Assembly (NCBI RefSeq): GCF_009914755.1
Contig: NC_060929.1
DNA length: 64,000 bases
Strand: one strand, 5' to 3'
DNA from: the human T2T-CHM13v2.0 reference genome, Homo sapiens
Of the stretch, positions 27,156 through 39,422 are shown piece after piece. Positions within the stretch are counted from its first letter, which is position 1; every line of letters begins with the position of its first letter. The notes beneath the pieces were generated by a model. The model was not told the DNA's origin. It saw nothing but the letters and a program-made list of their open reading frames with translations, and made no database searches. A program made the translations under genes and the position numbers.

Positions 27156-27365
27156 AGCATAGCAATTAAGAAGGGCCAATCTGCCTGGGTCCATTTCTGG
27201 CTCTCTCGTGCCCTAGCTGTGTGACCTTAAGCAAGTTGTTTAACCTCTCTGTGACTCAGTTTCCTCACCTGTAAACCTTTAAGGTGGTTATGAGCACTGA
27301 CTGAATTAATCTACACGAAGCTCCTAGATCAGTGCCCAACAGGCAGCCAGCACTCAGAAAGCCCA
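27156..27365 (+). mobile_element. MIR SINE
   Basis: CTAGCTGTGTGACCTTAAGCAAGTTGTTTAACCTCTCTGTGACTCAGTTTCCTCACCTGTAAA. Confidence 0.85.
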
Positions 27366-29552
27366 GGCCACTGTTGCTCTTTGCTGATCATTCCCTGTTC
27401 GCTTGCTAGACCAGAGCTCTCTCCTGAGCTCCAGAGACAGACTACCAGCTACCTCCTGGGCATCCTCTTTACTCAGTCAGTTCAGGCTGAGTGCCTACTG
27501 TGTACTCTCATGGGCATGGCATTCAGCTCAGGGATAGGACGTTGAGGGAGACACATTCCAGGGGATAAGATGTCTGAGGACACGTGACCCAGCAGGACAG
27601 GGTGTGTCCTGCCCAGTAGTGGATGCTCCCAAGGCCCATGCTCATGCTGCAGTCTTTGTCCACACACCTTTCCCCAGGTCCGCTGCCCCTCCCATGGAAA
27701 GCTCCCTTTTGGGGCCAATTAGGCTAAGGGCATGGGGAAGAAAAAGAAAGTCCTGGGTTTCCAGCCCAGGCAGAGGATGCTGCCACCCCTTCTGCTTCTG
27801 AAGTATTTCTTGATTGTTTGTCCATGGCCCCTGCCTGGGTCTGGCCTCCTGCTGCTCACCCACCCATGTGGTCTCCCTGCCAAGCCTCTTCTCTTCCTCT
27901 CACTCATGCCCTGCCTTTATCCGGCCAAAGTCAGGCCAGCCTTTGTAAAGCTCTTCGGAGCTTTCTAGCACATGCCTCCAGGGTTAAGTGAGGGTCTTCC
28001 CTGTAGCCTCACCCTCCTCTGCCTGGGGCTGGTGTGTGCTCTGGATCCCTGGCAGGTTTGGAAGGGGCCCTGCTCTCCTGGGAGATGAGGTGTTGAGACC
28101 TGCTGTGGGTGGTTGTCCTCTGGTTGCCCCATGTCACTGCCTGGGGATGGCCCTAAACACCAGACCTGTGACTGTTGACATCGCCTCCCTCATGTTTGCT
28201 GAGAGCCCAGCCCCATGGAGTGCTGGGGTAACTGTGTGCTGCTTAGCTGGGGGCAGGCCTGGCAGGTGCACAGGTTGCCACAAGAGTGTGGGGCTGAGTG
28301 ACACACTGTGGTCCAGTCCTGGAATTCCTCAGTTAAAGCAGAATTGGTAAATAATGATCCCTTCAAGCTTCTGGCCGTTCCCCAGGTCTGCTACCTCTCC
28401 CATGCTCTGTCTTGTCTTTGCCTCTGCTCTGGCCAGAACAGGCTCAGCCGCTTCTTGGCAGGGACCTCTTCTCGGACTTGTCCTATGGTTGTTTCTTCCC
28501 CGCATTCCTAAATGGAATGTGCCTGTTCCCCAGATTGGACCTTCAGACCTTCCTGAAACTGTCTCCATCTCCCTGGCCCAGGAAACCACTCTGACCCCAG
28601 CCAGCTGAAGGCCAAAGTGAGCGCTGGCCCCTCCCCTCCCTCATTGGGAGTCCTTGCTTTACACTACTTCTGGAGGGCAGGGCTCTTCCCTTCTTTCTCT
28701 TCTCAGGGATAAACAAGCTCAGAGCTGGCACACAACAGGTTGTTGGCCCCCGAGCCTTCTTCCCCGTGTGACTGCCTCCTGGGCTTTCATTGTAACTTTT
28801 GTTTGAACACAGATTTCTGTTGCTTAGGCCTGATTAGAGAAGGCCTGAGAATCCCTGGCTAGTGAGTCTGACCTCCTAAACTCCCTTGCCAGATTCTTCT
28901 ATGTCCTGGGTTCCTTCTTGATTTCTCCCTGACCTCCACTGTAGTCCCTTAGTGCCACAGGCCAGGTGACCCCTGTCCTTTGTCAGTGGTGGATCCCAAG
29001 CCAAAGCCTGGATTCAGGTGACCTGAAGATGTCAGGCATGGCCAGTGCAGCAGGTGTGTCCTGTGTGTGTCTCGGCCAGAGTGTGGATCGTGGCCTGAGG
29101 GGCTGCCTGGGGGTTGGCTTGGCTCCTAAGTCACTGCATCTTCACCCAGTTGCTGAGCCCTCAGTGCTTACCTGTTCACCTGAGGGTAGGGGGGTCTTCC
29201 TGAGATGTTGGGGCACAGCCATAGTACCCACCCTTGCCTCCTCACTCTGGAGAGGACCGGCAACCAGGGTGGGATTCCCAAGCCTCCCTCCCTCCATCCT
29301 AGAGCGTGGAGGTCATCCCCTGTGGCGTGTGCAGCCTCTTTTCTGGATTGGGTCCCCAGGGCTCAGTGGAGGCCACTCTGTGTCCCCCACCTGTCACAGT
29401 GTGGGCAATGTTGAGCCTTTCCATTGTTTTCCAAGCATTGTGCTCAGACTTGCTCTCCCGGGCCCTTCCTACTCAGGATTCCATCTTGCTGCTGCTCTCG
29501 TGGCATTTGCTGATGGGGCTGTGGTCCTCCCAGCTCTCTGCCCCATCCTTAG

Positions 29553-29745
29553 ACAGTAGTGGTTGAGAGCACAGGGTTTGGAGTTATGGAGTCTGGATTT
29601 GAATCCCAATTTCCAGTTGTGTGACCTTGGGTACGCAACTTGACTTCTTAAAGCCCAAGTTTCCTCATCTGTTAAGTAGGGATACTGACTAACAAATTGT
29701 GCATGAAGAGTACTGTGCTTGACACGGAGCGGGTGCTCAGTAACA
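29553..29745 (+). mobile_element. MIR SINE
   Basis: GTAGTGGTTGAGAGCACAGGGTTTGGAG...TGTGTGACCTTGGG...AGTTTCCTCATCTGT. Confidence 0.8.
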
Positions 29746-30102
29746 GGCATCTGGGATAATGATGGGGATGGTGGTTCCCTTGCCCTACCCATCTCCCCTT
29801 TGGGGCCTGCCACCCAGGTTGCCTTTTATGTGTTCAGAGCATCTGGTGAGAGGGAGCTCCTTTTGGGAGCCAAGTTCAGAATGTAAAATCAGTGTAAGGT
29901 GGTAATGGGGTCCAGGAGGGATCAGAGGAATCTATTAGGAGGAGCCTGGGGTGATTTAGAATCAGGTGTCCAGGCGCCTATGGGCAGCTCAGGTGTTTCT
30001 CGTACCAGTGGGCAGAACTACTGAGGTGGGTGGGGACCTCCCCAGATATATGAGAACCAGAGTTGACTTTTATTTTTTAGCCATTCAAAAACCAGTGTTT
30101 TT

Positions 30103-30975
30103 CAAATCAGCAAGAACAAAACAAATAATCCCATTAAAATGTGGGCAAATGGTATGAATGCACATTTCTCAAAAGAAGATGTACAAATGGCCAAAAAACA
30201 TGAAAATATGCTCCACATCACTAACCATCAGGGAAATGCAAATTAAAGTCACAGTGAGATACCACCTTACCCCAGCCAGAATGGCTATTATTAAAAAGTC
30301 AAAAGGCAATAGATGCTAGCGTGGATGCGGTGAAAAGGGAATGCTTACGCACTGCCGGCGGGAATTAAATTAGTACAGCCTCTGTGGAAAACAGTATGGA
30401 GGTTTCTCAAAGAACTAAAAGTAGATCTACCATTCAATCCAGCAATCCTACTACTAGGTATCTACCCAAAGGAAAATAAGTCATTATATTGAAAAAACAC
30501 CTGTGTATATATGTTTATTGCAGCACAATTCACAATTGCAAAGATACGGAATTAACCTAAGTACCCATCAACCAATGAGTGGATAAAGAAAATGCGATAT
30601 ATGTACACCATGGAATACTACTCAGCCATGAAAAAGAAGAAAATAATGTCTTTTGCAGCAACTTGGATGGAACTGGAGGCCATTATTGTAAATGAAGTAA
30701 CTCAGAATGAAAAATCAAATACTGTATGTTCTTACTTATAAGTAGGAGCTAATCTATGGGTACACAAAGTCATATAGAGTGGTATAATAGACACTGAAGC
30801 TTCAGAAGGGGAGAAGGTTGGGGGAGTGAGGGATAAAAAACTACGTGCTGGGTACAGTGTACACTACCTGGGTGGCAAATGCACTAAAATCTCAGACTTT
30901 ACCACTATATAATTCACTATATAACCAAAAACCACGTGTACTCCTAAAGCTGTTGAAATAAGATAATAATAATAT
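30103..30975 (+). mobile_element. L1PB (L1PB3/4-like) 3' fragment
   Basis: Sense ORF2 end (GGGAAATGCAAATTAAA...CACCATGGAATACTACTCAGCC) and L1PB-type 3' UTR ending AAAGCTGTTGAAATAA. Confidence 0.85.
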
Positions 30976-31294
30976 GAAATGACTTTCCATGTTCTTGCTA
31001 ATAAAAAAAAAAACTCCTCTGCTTTTTGGACCTACTCTGTACCAGACACTTACTAACTCTGAATTTATAATGGTAAACTAAAAAGACACAACCAAAGGGA
31101 AACTATTCCTTGCTGTAGATTTTTCCTGGGTTAGGGAAGTAAAGTGAGAGTTAATATTATTTTTAAAAAATGATATCTGCTTACTTAAAATTTCTCAGAC
31201 TATACATAAAAGTACAAAGGAAGGAAAAAAATAAGGAATTTAAACAAAATGGAAATTCCACTACCAGAAATGTTGACATTTTGCTGAAACTCCG

Positions 31295-31398
31295 ATGAAC
31301 ATGCACTTGTATATAGTGTATTATGCTGTTTGTCATTTTTTTCCCCCATGAACATGCACCTGTATATAGTGTATTATGCTGTTTGCAATTTTTTTCCC
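31295..31398. repeat. 53-bp tandem duplication
   Basis: ATGAACATGCAC(T/C)TGTATATAGTGTATTATGCTGTTTG..ATTTTTTTCCC at 31295 and 31348. Confidence 0.9.
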
Positions 31399-31523
31399 TA
31401 CACAACCTATATGGTAGATGGTCCATATTCATTAAGATCATATTTTTATAGGTATTTTATACCTTGAACATATTTTTCTGATTAGGAAGGTAGTGCACAG
31501 CCATTGTAAAATGTTCAGATATA

Positions 31524-32353
31524 CAGTATCTTTCCCCTTCTCCAAGGATAACACGTTCCAAGGCCCCCAGTGGATGCCTGATACTGTGGATGGTACCAAA
31601 CCCTATATACATTGTGTTTTTTCCTATATATACATATCTATGATAGTTCAGTTTATAAATGAGGCACAGTAAGAGATTAACACCAATAACTAATAATAAA
31701 ATAAAACAATTATAACAATAAGCCAGCATCACTACTCTTGTGTATTGGAGACCTTGTGAAGTAAAACAGAGGTTGCTTGAACACAAGCACTGCGCCACCA
31801 CAGCAGTTGATCTATGTGACTCCTAAGTGACTAGCAGGCAGGTAGCATCTACAGCATGGATTTGCTGGACAAAGGAACAGTTCACTTCCTGGGTGGGAAG
31901 GAGCAGGATGTCTCAAGGTTTTATCATGCTACTCAGAGTAGTGTGCAATTTAAAACTTACGAATTGTTGTTTTCTTTTTTTTGAGACAGGGTCTCGCTCT
32001 GTTGCCCAGGCTGGAGCGCAGTGGCACTGTGATCTCGGCCCCTGCCACCTCCACCACCTGGGTTCAAGGGATTCTTGTGCTTTGGCCTCCTGAGTAGCTG
32101 GGATTACAGACATGCGCCACCGTGCCTGGCTAATTTTTGTATTTTTAGTAGAGATGGGGTTTCGCCGTGTTTCCCAGGCTAGTCTCAAACACCTGGCCTC
32201 AAGTGATCTGCCTGCCTCACACTCCCAAAGTGCTGGGATTACAATCACGAATTGTTTATTTCTGGAATTTTCCATTTAATGTTTCCAGAGTATGGCTGAC
32301 TGTGGATAATGGAAACCGCAGAAAGTAAAACTGCTGATAAGGAGGGGCAACTG
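31524..32353 (-). mobile_element. MER44B-like (TcMar-Tigger) DNA transposon, interrupted by an Alu
   Basis: Terminal inverted repeats CAGTATCTTTCCCCTTCTCC / GATAAGGAGGGGCAACTG with TA on both sides; internal GTTCCAAGGCCCCCAGTGGATGCCTGA. Confidence 0.85.
31971..32243 (-). mobile_element. Alu (AluJb/Sz-like), lacking about 25 nt at the 5' end
   Basis: GAGACAGGGTCTCGCTCTG...CCTGGCCTCAAGTGATC...GGGATTACA; TSD approximately ACGAATTGTT. Confidence 0.92.
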
Positions 32354-32883
32354 TAGACGTGTAGAACGGGAACAGTGACCATCTCTATCATCTCAGCCTC
32401 AGAAGTAGAATGGCTCATTTGCAGAGTTACAGTGTTCCACAAATATCATAACTTACTCGGCTAGCCTTCCCTTCATGTCTGTTTAGGTTGTTGTTTCCAA
32501 TTTTCTTTATTATAAACACACTTCAGTGAATATCTTTGTCACAATATCTCTTTGCAGGGGCAGAGGGTTGCATGTTTATCATTCTGCTACATAGTACCAA
32601 CTTGGCTCCTACACAGGGTACCGACTACAAAGAATGCCTGTTTCTGACCAATCTGGGCTTTGTTAATCTTTCTATTCTTTGCCAGTGTGGTAGTAGAAAA
32701 TGATATCTTGTGTCTGTTTCCGTTTATCTGATGGTTGGTAACCATTGGTATTTCTTATTTTATGAATTACTTGTTCATGTCTGTTGTCAGGCCCTGAGCC
32801 GGGCTCTTCCCACTCCCCCTGAGTGATCCCTCTCCCCACCTTCCAGGGCATGTGGGAGAGGAGCCTTAAAGAATACCAGTTGG

Positions 32884-33016
32884 GGCCAGGCATGGCAGCT
32901 CACTCCTGTAATCCCAGCACTTTGGGAGACTGAGTCCAGGAGTTCAAGACCAGCCTGGGCAACATAGTGACACTTCATCTCTCCAAAAAAAAAAAAAAAA
33001 AAAAAGGAAGAAAAAA
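32884..33016 (+). mobile_element. FLAM-like Alu monomer with internal deletion
   Basis: GGCCAGGCATGGCAGCTCAC...GGGAGACTGAGTCCAGGAGTTCAAGACCAGCCTGGGCAACATAGTGA plus poly-A; degenerate TSD AAAGAATACCAGTTGG / AAGGAATACTAGCTGG. Confidence 0.85.
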
Positions 33017-33922
33017 AAGGAATACTAGCTGGAAGGTAATTGGCCCTCACTTCAGATCACTGAACTCTGAGCCCAGGAGGAACAGAGGCTTGCCCCAAAC
33101 CACAGGTATGGTTAGAGGAGAGCCAGGTCTGTGACTCTTAGCCCACTGACCTCACATCCCCAAACCAGGGTCAACGCAGAGCTGACCTCTTGGCATGGTG
33201 ATAGGATTATGTGTGCTCAGTCTCAGAGCTGTTACACAAGATTCCACTGCAGACACGGCTGACTGGCGGTCTCCCTTGTAGAAATAAGCAGGTCAGGCAG
33301 GTGCCCAGGTGAGCTCTTGCCCCACTGCTGAGCAGATGGGAATTGTGTGATTCCTTTGGGTCTTAGAGTTGTAGAATACACTGGTCCTTAAAGATCACAA
33401 AGTCCAATGCTGCCACATTTAGTTGAAGAAGCTGATGCTCCAAGATGGGAGAGAACTTTCCCAAAGTCCCCTGCCACGTGGACAGCAATTTCAACTTTCC
33501 TACATGCTGTAATGAGCTTGGGCGCACTCTAAGATCCATACCCTGCAATGAAGCCTGTTGAGTAAGCACTGCAGCCAGGACAGCTCTTGGCTGCCACGGA
33601 CAGTGGTACGGAGGTGTTAGGTAACGCCAAAGCCTAATCTCCTGGAACTCTGGGGTGGCCCTGAGGATAGGCCTTGCTAAACTGCTATGGGAAGGTGTTG
33701 GGGGGGTGGTATACTCTGGCTCCTTCTCTGGGCCTTTCCTGTTCTATGGTCTTCATGGTTGACACCATGGGTGTTTTCCAAGAGCATGATAAGGATCACT
33801 GTCGAGATTGGCACCTCCTGACTGCACTTTCAGTGCCCCAAGTACTGCCCACAGGCTGGTTCCCATGAGAGAAGCAGCCCAGCGTCCCATTATTTGCATA
33901 ATTCACCTTGGCCAGTGATGCT

Positions 33923-33961
33923 GTGTGTGTGTGTATGTATGTATGTGTGTGTGTGTGTGTG
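33923..33961. repeat. (TG)n/(TATG)n compound microsatellite
   Basis: TG run interrupted by TATGTATGTATG. Confidence 0.9.
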
Positions 33962-34164
33962 CATGTACATGCACACCTATATACATGTGCATAGAGCTGT
34001 TGGTCTTTGGGACCCCAGCCTACTCTCTGGGCCAAATTGTAAAATCACTTGGCCGGGTCTGTGGGTGCAGATTTCCATCATTAGCCTGTCTTCGCTGTAG
34101 GCCTCGCTTTGGTGCTTTTCCCTTGGTCCTTCTGCACAGCGGCACTGACATCTCCCTTTTTTCC

Positions 34165-34500
34165 ACAGATGGAAATTCTGGCTGATCTTGAAGGCTCAGC
34201 TCAAATCTTCATCTGGCTCTTTTTCGAAGTCTTCTCTACCTGGCCTCGTCCGAGCTCAGGTGCCCTCCCTCTTCTGAATGCTGATCTCTTTCTTATGTGT
34301 CGTTCACATGGTCCTTAAGCACAGGATGCCTTTGAACGCCCTTCTCCTGAACTTTCCCTTACACCTTATATTGTTATAATGTTCCATGAGATGGAATTTG
34401 TTGATGCAATGAGGCGGTGAATTCAGATTTCCCATATTTGTGTGTTCTCAGCAGTGTGTGTTACATAGTAGGCCCTCATGAAATGTTGGTGGCCTGGTTG
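34165..34500 (+). mobile_element. L2 LINE remnant
   Basis: TTGAAGGCTCAGCTCAAAT...CATAGTAGGCCCTCATGAAATGTTGG. Confidence 0.5.
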
Positions 34501-35444
34501 ATTTGGAGTTAGCCAACACATAAACACGAACTGAAATGCTTTCAGGTCCAAGTGGGCTTTAGGTTCCTGCCTGCACATGCTGGCCCCCTTTCAAAGGGGT
34601 GAAGAGAGAGCCGCAGCGATGATGGGAGAGAGGGGATCACTGAGGACTAGGGATTAACAGGGTAACACAGAGCTGGTGTTAAAAACCTGGCAGTGCAGGT
34701 TTTTGTTCTCCTGTGTAGTGGGAAAAAGGTGCACAGGCAGTGAAGAGGGAGAGGGGCACTCCCAGGCAGAGCAAGGTTAGGATAACTTGGCTGCTCCCTT
34801 CACCTGGAAGCCCTCCTGGAGAAGGAGCAGTGAGGGTTTCGAGCTAGGCAATGGCATGTAGTTTATTCTCAAGGACTCTCTTTGGGCTCAAATCTTCCTC
34901 TTTTCTGGTCCTGTGAGCCCTCAGAAGATTGTACCAGGTGTAGGGGATACTTAACCTGGATCCTAGACGGACGCTAATTGCTAATGCTGACCCAGGGTCT
35001 GTTTTTGAGAGAGAAGCATATTGTGCCTGCTGTTCATTGCTTGCTTGTTCACTCTGTGTTGAGGCTGGTGATGCGATCTGATCTGCTAAAAAGCTCTAAT
35101 GGGGCTTACCTTCTTACAAGGCTGGAGCAGTTGGTGACTGTCTCTGGCATGGAGGAGAGGTCTAACGTTGTGGTTTCTGCCATCCAGGATAACACCCGGG
35201 ATCCTAAGGCTAGCATGCCGTGACCTCCTTCCCCAGGCTCCCCAGGCTGCTCTAGGTTCTCTGTTTTGTAGAAGTTCTTATGGCCCTGCTGAACCTCTTG
35301 CATTTTCCAGACTCACTGCCTGTCTCACACTGCTATGCTTTTGCTGATGCTGAGTCCTCTGATTGGACCCACCCTGTCTTCTTCACCTGTCATCATGGGA
35401 CTATGCCCCAGTTATCCTATTAGACTCCTGAGTAGACTCCTGTA

Positions 35445-35600
35445 GGAGAAAGAGCATGGGCTTTGGAGTCAGCTAGATGTGGGTTCAAATCCTGACTTGA
35501 CCACTTGTTTACAATGCACTTAAGAGCATTGACCTTACAGAGCTGTTGGGAGGGCTAAACCGAGGGAGACTGTGGATGTCGCCTGCTCAGGGTGTGCCTG
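35445..35600 (+). mobile_element. MIR SINE remnant
   Basis: GAAAGAGCATGGGCTTTGGAGTCAGCTAGATGTGGGTTCAAATCCTGAC. Confidence 0.7.
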
Positions 35601-35694
35601 CAGCTTCTTCTCTCCTTTCTTAGCTTCTACCACCATTCTTAGTGCTAGGCCCAGAGACGCCTTATTCCTCTGCTTATTTTTCTCAGTGGAGCCC

Positions 35695-36290
35695 TTTCAC
35701 CCCACAAATGTTTATTGAACAACGACAGTGTGCCAGGTACTGGACACTGGGAATAATTTTTGTTTGGGTGTCTGCTAGCAAGGAGTTGTGGAGGAACACG
35801 GTGCTGTGAGAGCCCTAGTGGGTGGAGAGATCTCAGCTTGTCAGGGATCAGGGAAGGCTCCCTGGAGAAAGTGGCATTTGAGCTGAGCTCTGGAGGATCT
35901 GTGGGAGGTAATTTGGAGAAAGTGGGAGGGAAGAGCACTTCATGCAGAGGCAGCAGCAGGGTGAGTGGCACCCAGTCAGCATGAGCCATGGCAAAGTCTT
36001 GACCTGAGAGGGCCAGGAGGCATTCAGTGCCAAAGCAGGACAAGATCACATGTGCATTTGAAAAAGTGGACAATGGATGGACAAGGGCCAGAGAGGAAGC
36101 TGGAAGACCAGTGAGGAGGGGCACTTGTCCCAGGGAGGGACTTGGCAGGTTGGGATGGAGGCCGTGGAGAGAACTTTGGGGGTTCAGGAGGCCAAGGTGA
36201 CAAGGCATGGTGATGGGTGGGATGTGGCAGTCAGGGAGAGGGAGGAAAACAACGACTCCCAGGTTTCCAGCTGATGTGACTGGATGGGTG
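35695..36290 (-). mobile_element. L2 LINE remnant
   Basis: CAAATGTTTATTGAAC...TGTGCCAGGTACTG...AGGGAAGGCTCCCTGGAGAAAGTGGCATTTGAGCTGAG...GACTCCCAGGTTTCCAGC. Confidence 0.75.
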
Positions 36291-37223
36291 GGTGGAGAGC
36301 TGTGGGAAGATCAGCCCTCAGCTCATCTCCCTGCAGATCTGTGAGGGGTGGGCCCTCAGACTCTCGTCCTTCCCTTGAGTGCCCAGGAGGATTCTGGAAG
36401 ATGTATTCCTGGTTGATGTTGGAAGACTAACCCTGGGTCCCCTGTCGGTCTGCAGACTTGACTGTGGGTCAGACTTGACCTCGAGGTCGTGTTGGGGGGC
36501 TGGCCTCTGGCCTATCTGGAGGAGGCCCAGCTTCCCTCCAGGGGTCCATGCGGGGGCTGGTGTGCTGGCCTTCTTGGTCTCAGGCAGAGCTGCCTGTGTG
36601 TGGGGCTCTCACTGCCTCACTGAGGCAGACGTGGGTCGGCCTTCCTACCGGCTGTGTTGTATCCAGCAGGAAACATTTGGAATATGTGAGTGTAAGTGGC
36701 CGCACGAGAGAAATCTACAATTTCTCCCATTATCGGGAAAGAGCTAGACTACCAGAGGCTACCAGATGTTCTGTGTCTTATAATGTATGTTTTATGGCAA
36801 ATGAAAATATATATAAAATCTGTACCCAGAGAGCTCCCTGCTCACTTAAAGGGGACTGGATTCTTCTTTTATTCTTACCCTCTTCAAATTTTAGGCAAGA
36901 ATTCCCTTCCGGGCAATGAACTTATCTGCCAAGTTGGGGCCCAGAGGGAACCCTTATGGGGGACTCATAAACCCCGTCTTTTGAGGAAATCTTGGGGCTG
37001 AGGCCACATTCAGCCCCACATGTTTACACAATAGTCTCTCTCAGCTCCGAGGGGCCATTAGAGTTAATTGGGTGAATAATCTGTGTTTAAAAAGTCCCTA
37101 AATACATATTTGCATAATCCACACTTTGCCCAAGCCTGTGAAAACCTATTTGTGGGATCTGGAGTGGGTCCTGGGCTTAGAGTCTTCCCCTTGTGCTTCC
37201 AGAGCAGCTTCTCCTCTTGGTGA

Positions 37224-37600
<377 letters not shown>

Positions 37601-37629
37601 CACCTTAGCTATTCTTGAGCCTTTCACAG

Positions 37630-37910
37630 ATATGTTTTGTGGCTCGCTGGTCCTGGGAGATACTACGTGGGAAAAGGGTTCCATAGTCTAATATGTTTGG
37701 AAAATACTGTATCTTATCTACTGTCTTGGAGAATCCTCATGCACATTATTATATCAAAGACTGTGAGAAGTCCTTCAGTAAAGAAACTGATTTAACTTTC
37801 TCTCATCTAGCTTCCTTCAAATATATTTGAATCTAAGCATGCCCCTCCTGTATGCCTGATGACCATCTACAGAACTATAGCAATCTGTAGAAAACATGTT
37901 GGGACACCAA
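37630..37910. mobile_element. hAT-Charlie-family non-autonomous DNA transposon remnant (subfamily uncertain)
   Basis: AAAAGGGTTCCATAGTCTAATATGTTTGGAAAATACTG...GCACATT...TGAGAAGTCCTTCAGTAAAGAAAC. Confidence 0.55.
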
Positions 37911-38438
37911 CAATGCCACTTCCTTTTTCACAGGGGACACTTTGTGTTTTGGCCACCTGCCCAAACAGTGCCTGGGAGGACTCTGGAAGACTTGTTCTTG
38001 GTTGAGTTGGAAAATTAGCCCCAGTCTCCTGTATTTGTGTTTGCTGCCCTTAAGTGAGGCCATAGCATAGAGTCAGGTAGGATGGGCAGGCACAATTCCC
38101 CACAGCGCTTTTCACACCACTACAGCCCAGTCTTGGTTCTTGGAACAGGAAAGGGACAAGGCATTTGAACTAGACACACATGGATGGTTGCATGAAGCCC
38201 CAGAATTCCTGGTCAGGGAGTTCTTACAGACCCTGGTCCTGGGCTTCATTGGTTGTTGGAATCCCCTCTGCAACATAGTATCTGTGGGTCCATGCCACAG
38301 GGGTCCACTGGCCTGAAGTTATGGCACTAGGAAGAAGGCATCTGAAGGCGGCCTCAGGCCAGAGCCTGCTGGGAGCAAAAGCCGAGCTCTCCCAGTCATG
38401 TTGAGCTGCTACTTTGAGTAGTCCTGCACATCAGTCTT

Positions 38439-38622
38439 CACCAGGTTCTCAACATTGACTGACTGCACATGAGAATCAGCTGGAGAGATAAAAAAATCCC
38501 GATGCTCAGACAGCACCCCAGACGTATTCAATCAGAATGGGGTGGGGATGGGAAGCTCAGGCATGAGTAGTTTGTCAAGCTTCCCAGGTGATTGTAATGC
38601 ACAGCCATGGTGAGCAGATGCA
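38439..38622. mobile_element. MER5B-like (hAT-Charlie) MITE
   Basis: GGTTCTCAAC...CTGCACATGAGAATCAGCTGGAGAG...ATCAGAAT...CTTCCCAGGTGATTGTAATGCACAGCCA. Confidence 0.8.
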
Positions 38623-38834
38623 CCAGAGCCACGTTGGGAGAGTAGGTGTTGTAGGAAGTGGAGGTGAGCAGGAATTCATGGCTCTACCCTGGGCCCAAGC
38701 ACAACTGCATCTATTTGCCCTTGAGAAGCAAACAAACCCATGGTCCTGCTTGGGCAACCCTTGGCAGGGTTGTGGCAAACCCCTTGGGTAGGGAAGTGGG
38801 AGCATCCTGCTGTGTTCAGATCAGAGATGAGGAG

Positions 38835-39050
38835 GATTGCCAACATTCTTGAGCATCTACTGTGTGCCAGGCACTGTGCCACACATGGCCTCATTTAACT
38901 CTCACATTCCCTCACGAGCTAAGATTTCCATTAGAGGTGTCGAAACTAAGGCACAGAGAGGTTATGGAATGTACCCAAAGTCACAGCGATATTCTTAAGT
39001 GATAGAGCAGTGAATTGAATCCGGGATGTCAGAGGTGAAGAGCTCTCCGT
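38835..39050 (-). mobile_element. MIR SINE
   Basis: TTGAGCATCTACTGTGTGCCAGGCACTGTGC...GAAACTAAGGCACAGAGAGGTTA...CCCAAAGTCACAG. Confidence 0.8.
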
Positions 39051-39223
39051 GTGGTACTGGTGAAGGGCTTGTTGTTCATTTGGGCGGAGTCATTTGTGGG
39101 AGGATATGGCTGGGGTCAGCAGAAGAGGTTTCTGTGTGTGTGTGTGTGTTCACTGAATTTCAGGGTTGGAAGTGTTTTTCTGTGGGCTGAGGGGAAGGAG
39201 ATGGGACTAAGGAGAAACAGAAT

Positions 39224-39422
39224 CAGTCGGGTATTGGAGCCAGCTCTCACATGCAGATTATGCATATTTCTTCCCATCTCTGAGTTCAGTGACATCTCGT
39301 TGGAAGCTTGAAACCAGCCAAGTGGGAGTATTTACACCACAGAAATTGGCAAACACTACAAATCAGGTGTTTATTTATTTTCTCAGAAAGTTGGCTGTTA
39401 AACATTTACCAGCACGCCACTG
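39224..39422 (+). mobile_element. MER63A-like (hAT-Blackjack) DNA transposon
   Basis: GGGAGTATTTACACCACAGAAATTGGCAAACACTACAAATCAGG...GTTAAACATTTACCAGCACGCCACTG. Confidence 0.85.

Larger units (their letters stand above)
31165..32790 (-). mobile_element. Old L1ME-like fragments flanking MER44B
   Basis: TTTAGGTTGTTGTTTCCAATTTTC...CTTCAGTGAATATCTTTG...GAAAATGATATCTTGTG; degraded. Confidence 0.45.

Noticed and set aside
29013-29027. 15-bp odd palindromes TTCAGGTGACCTGAA here and CAGGTGAGTCACCTG at 48012-48026
   Set aside because: About 4 palindromes with 7-bp arms and a 1-nt spacer are expected by chance in 64 kb (64000/4^7)
33585-33610. REST/NRSE-like CCACGGACAG
   Set aside because: The left half-site (TCAGCA) is missing, so it is a partial match only
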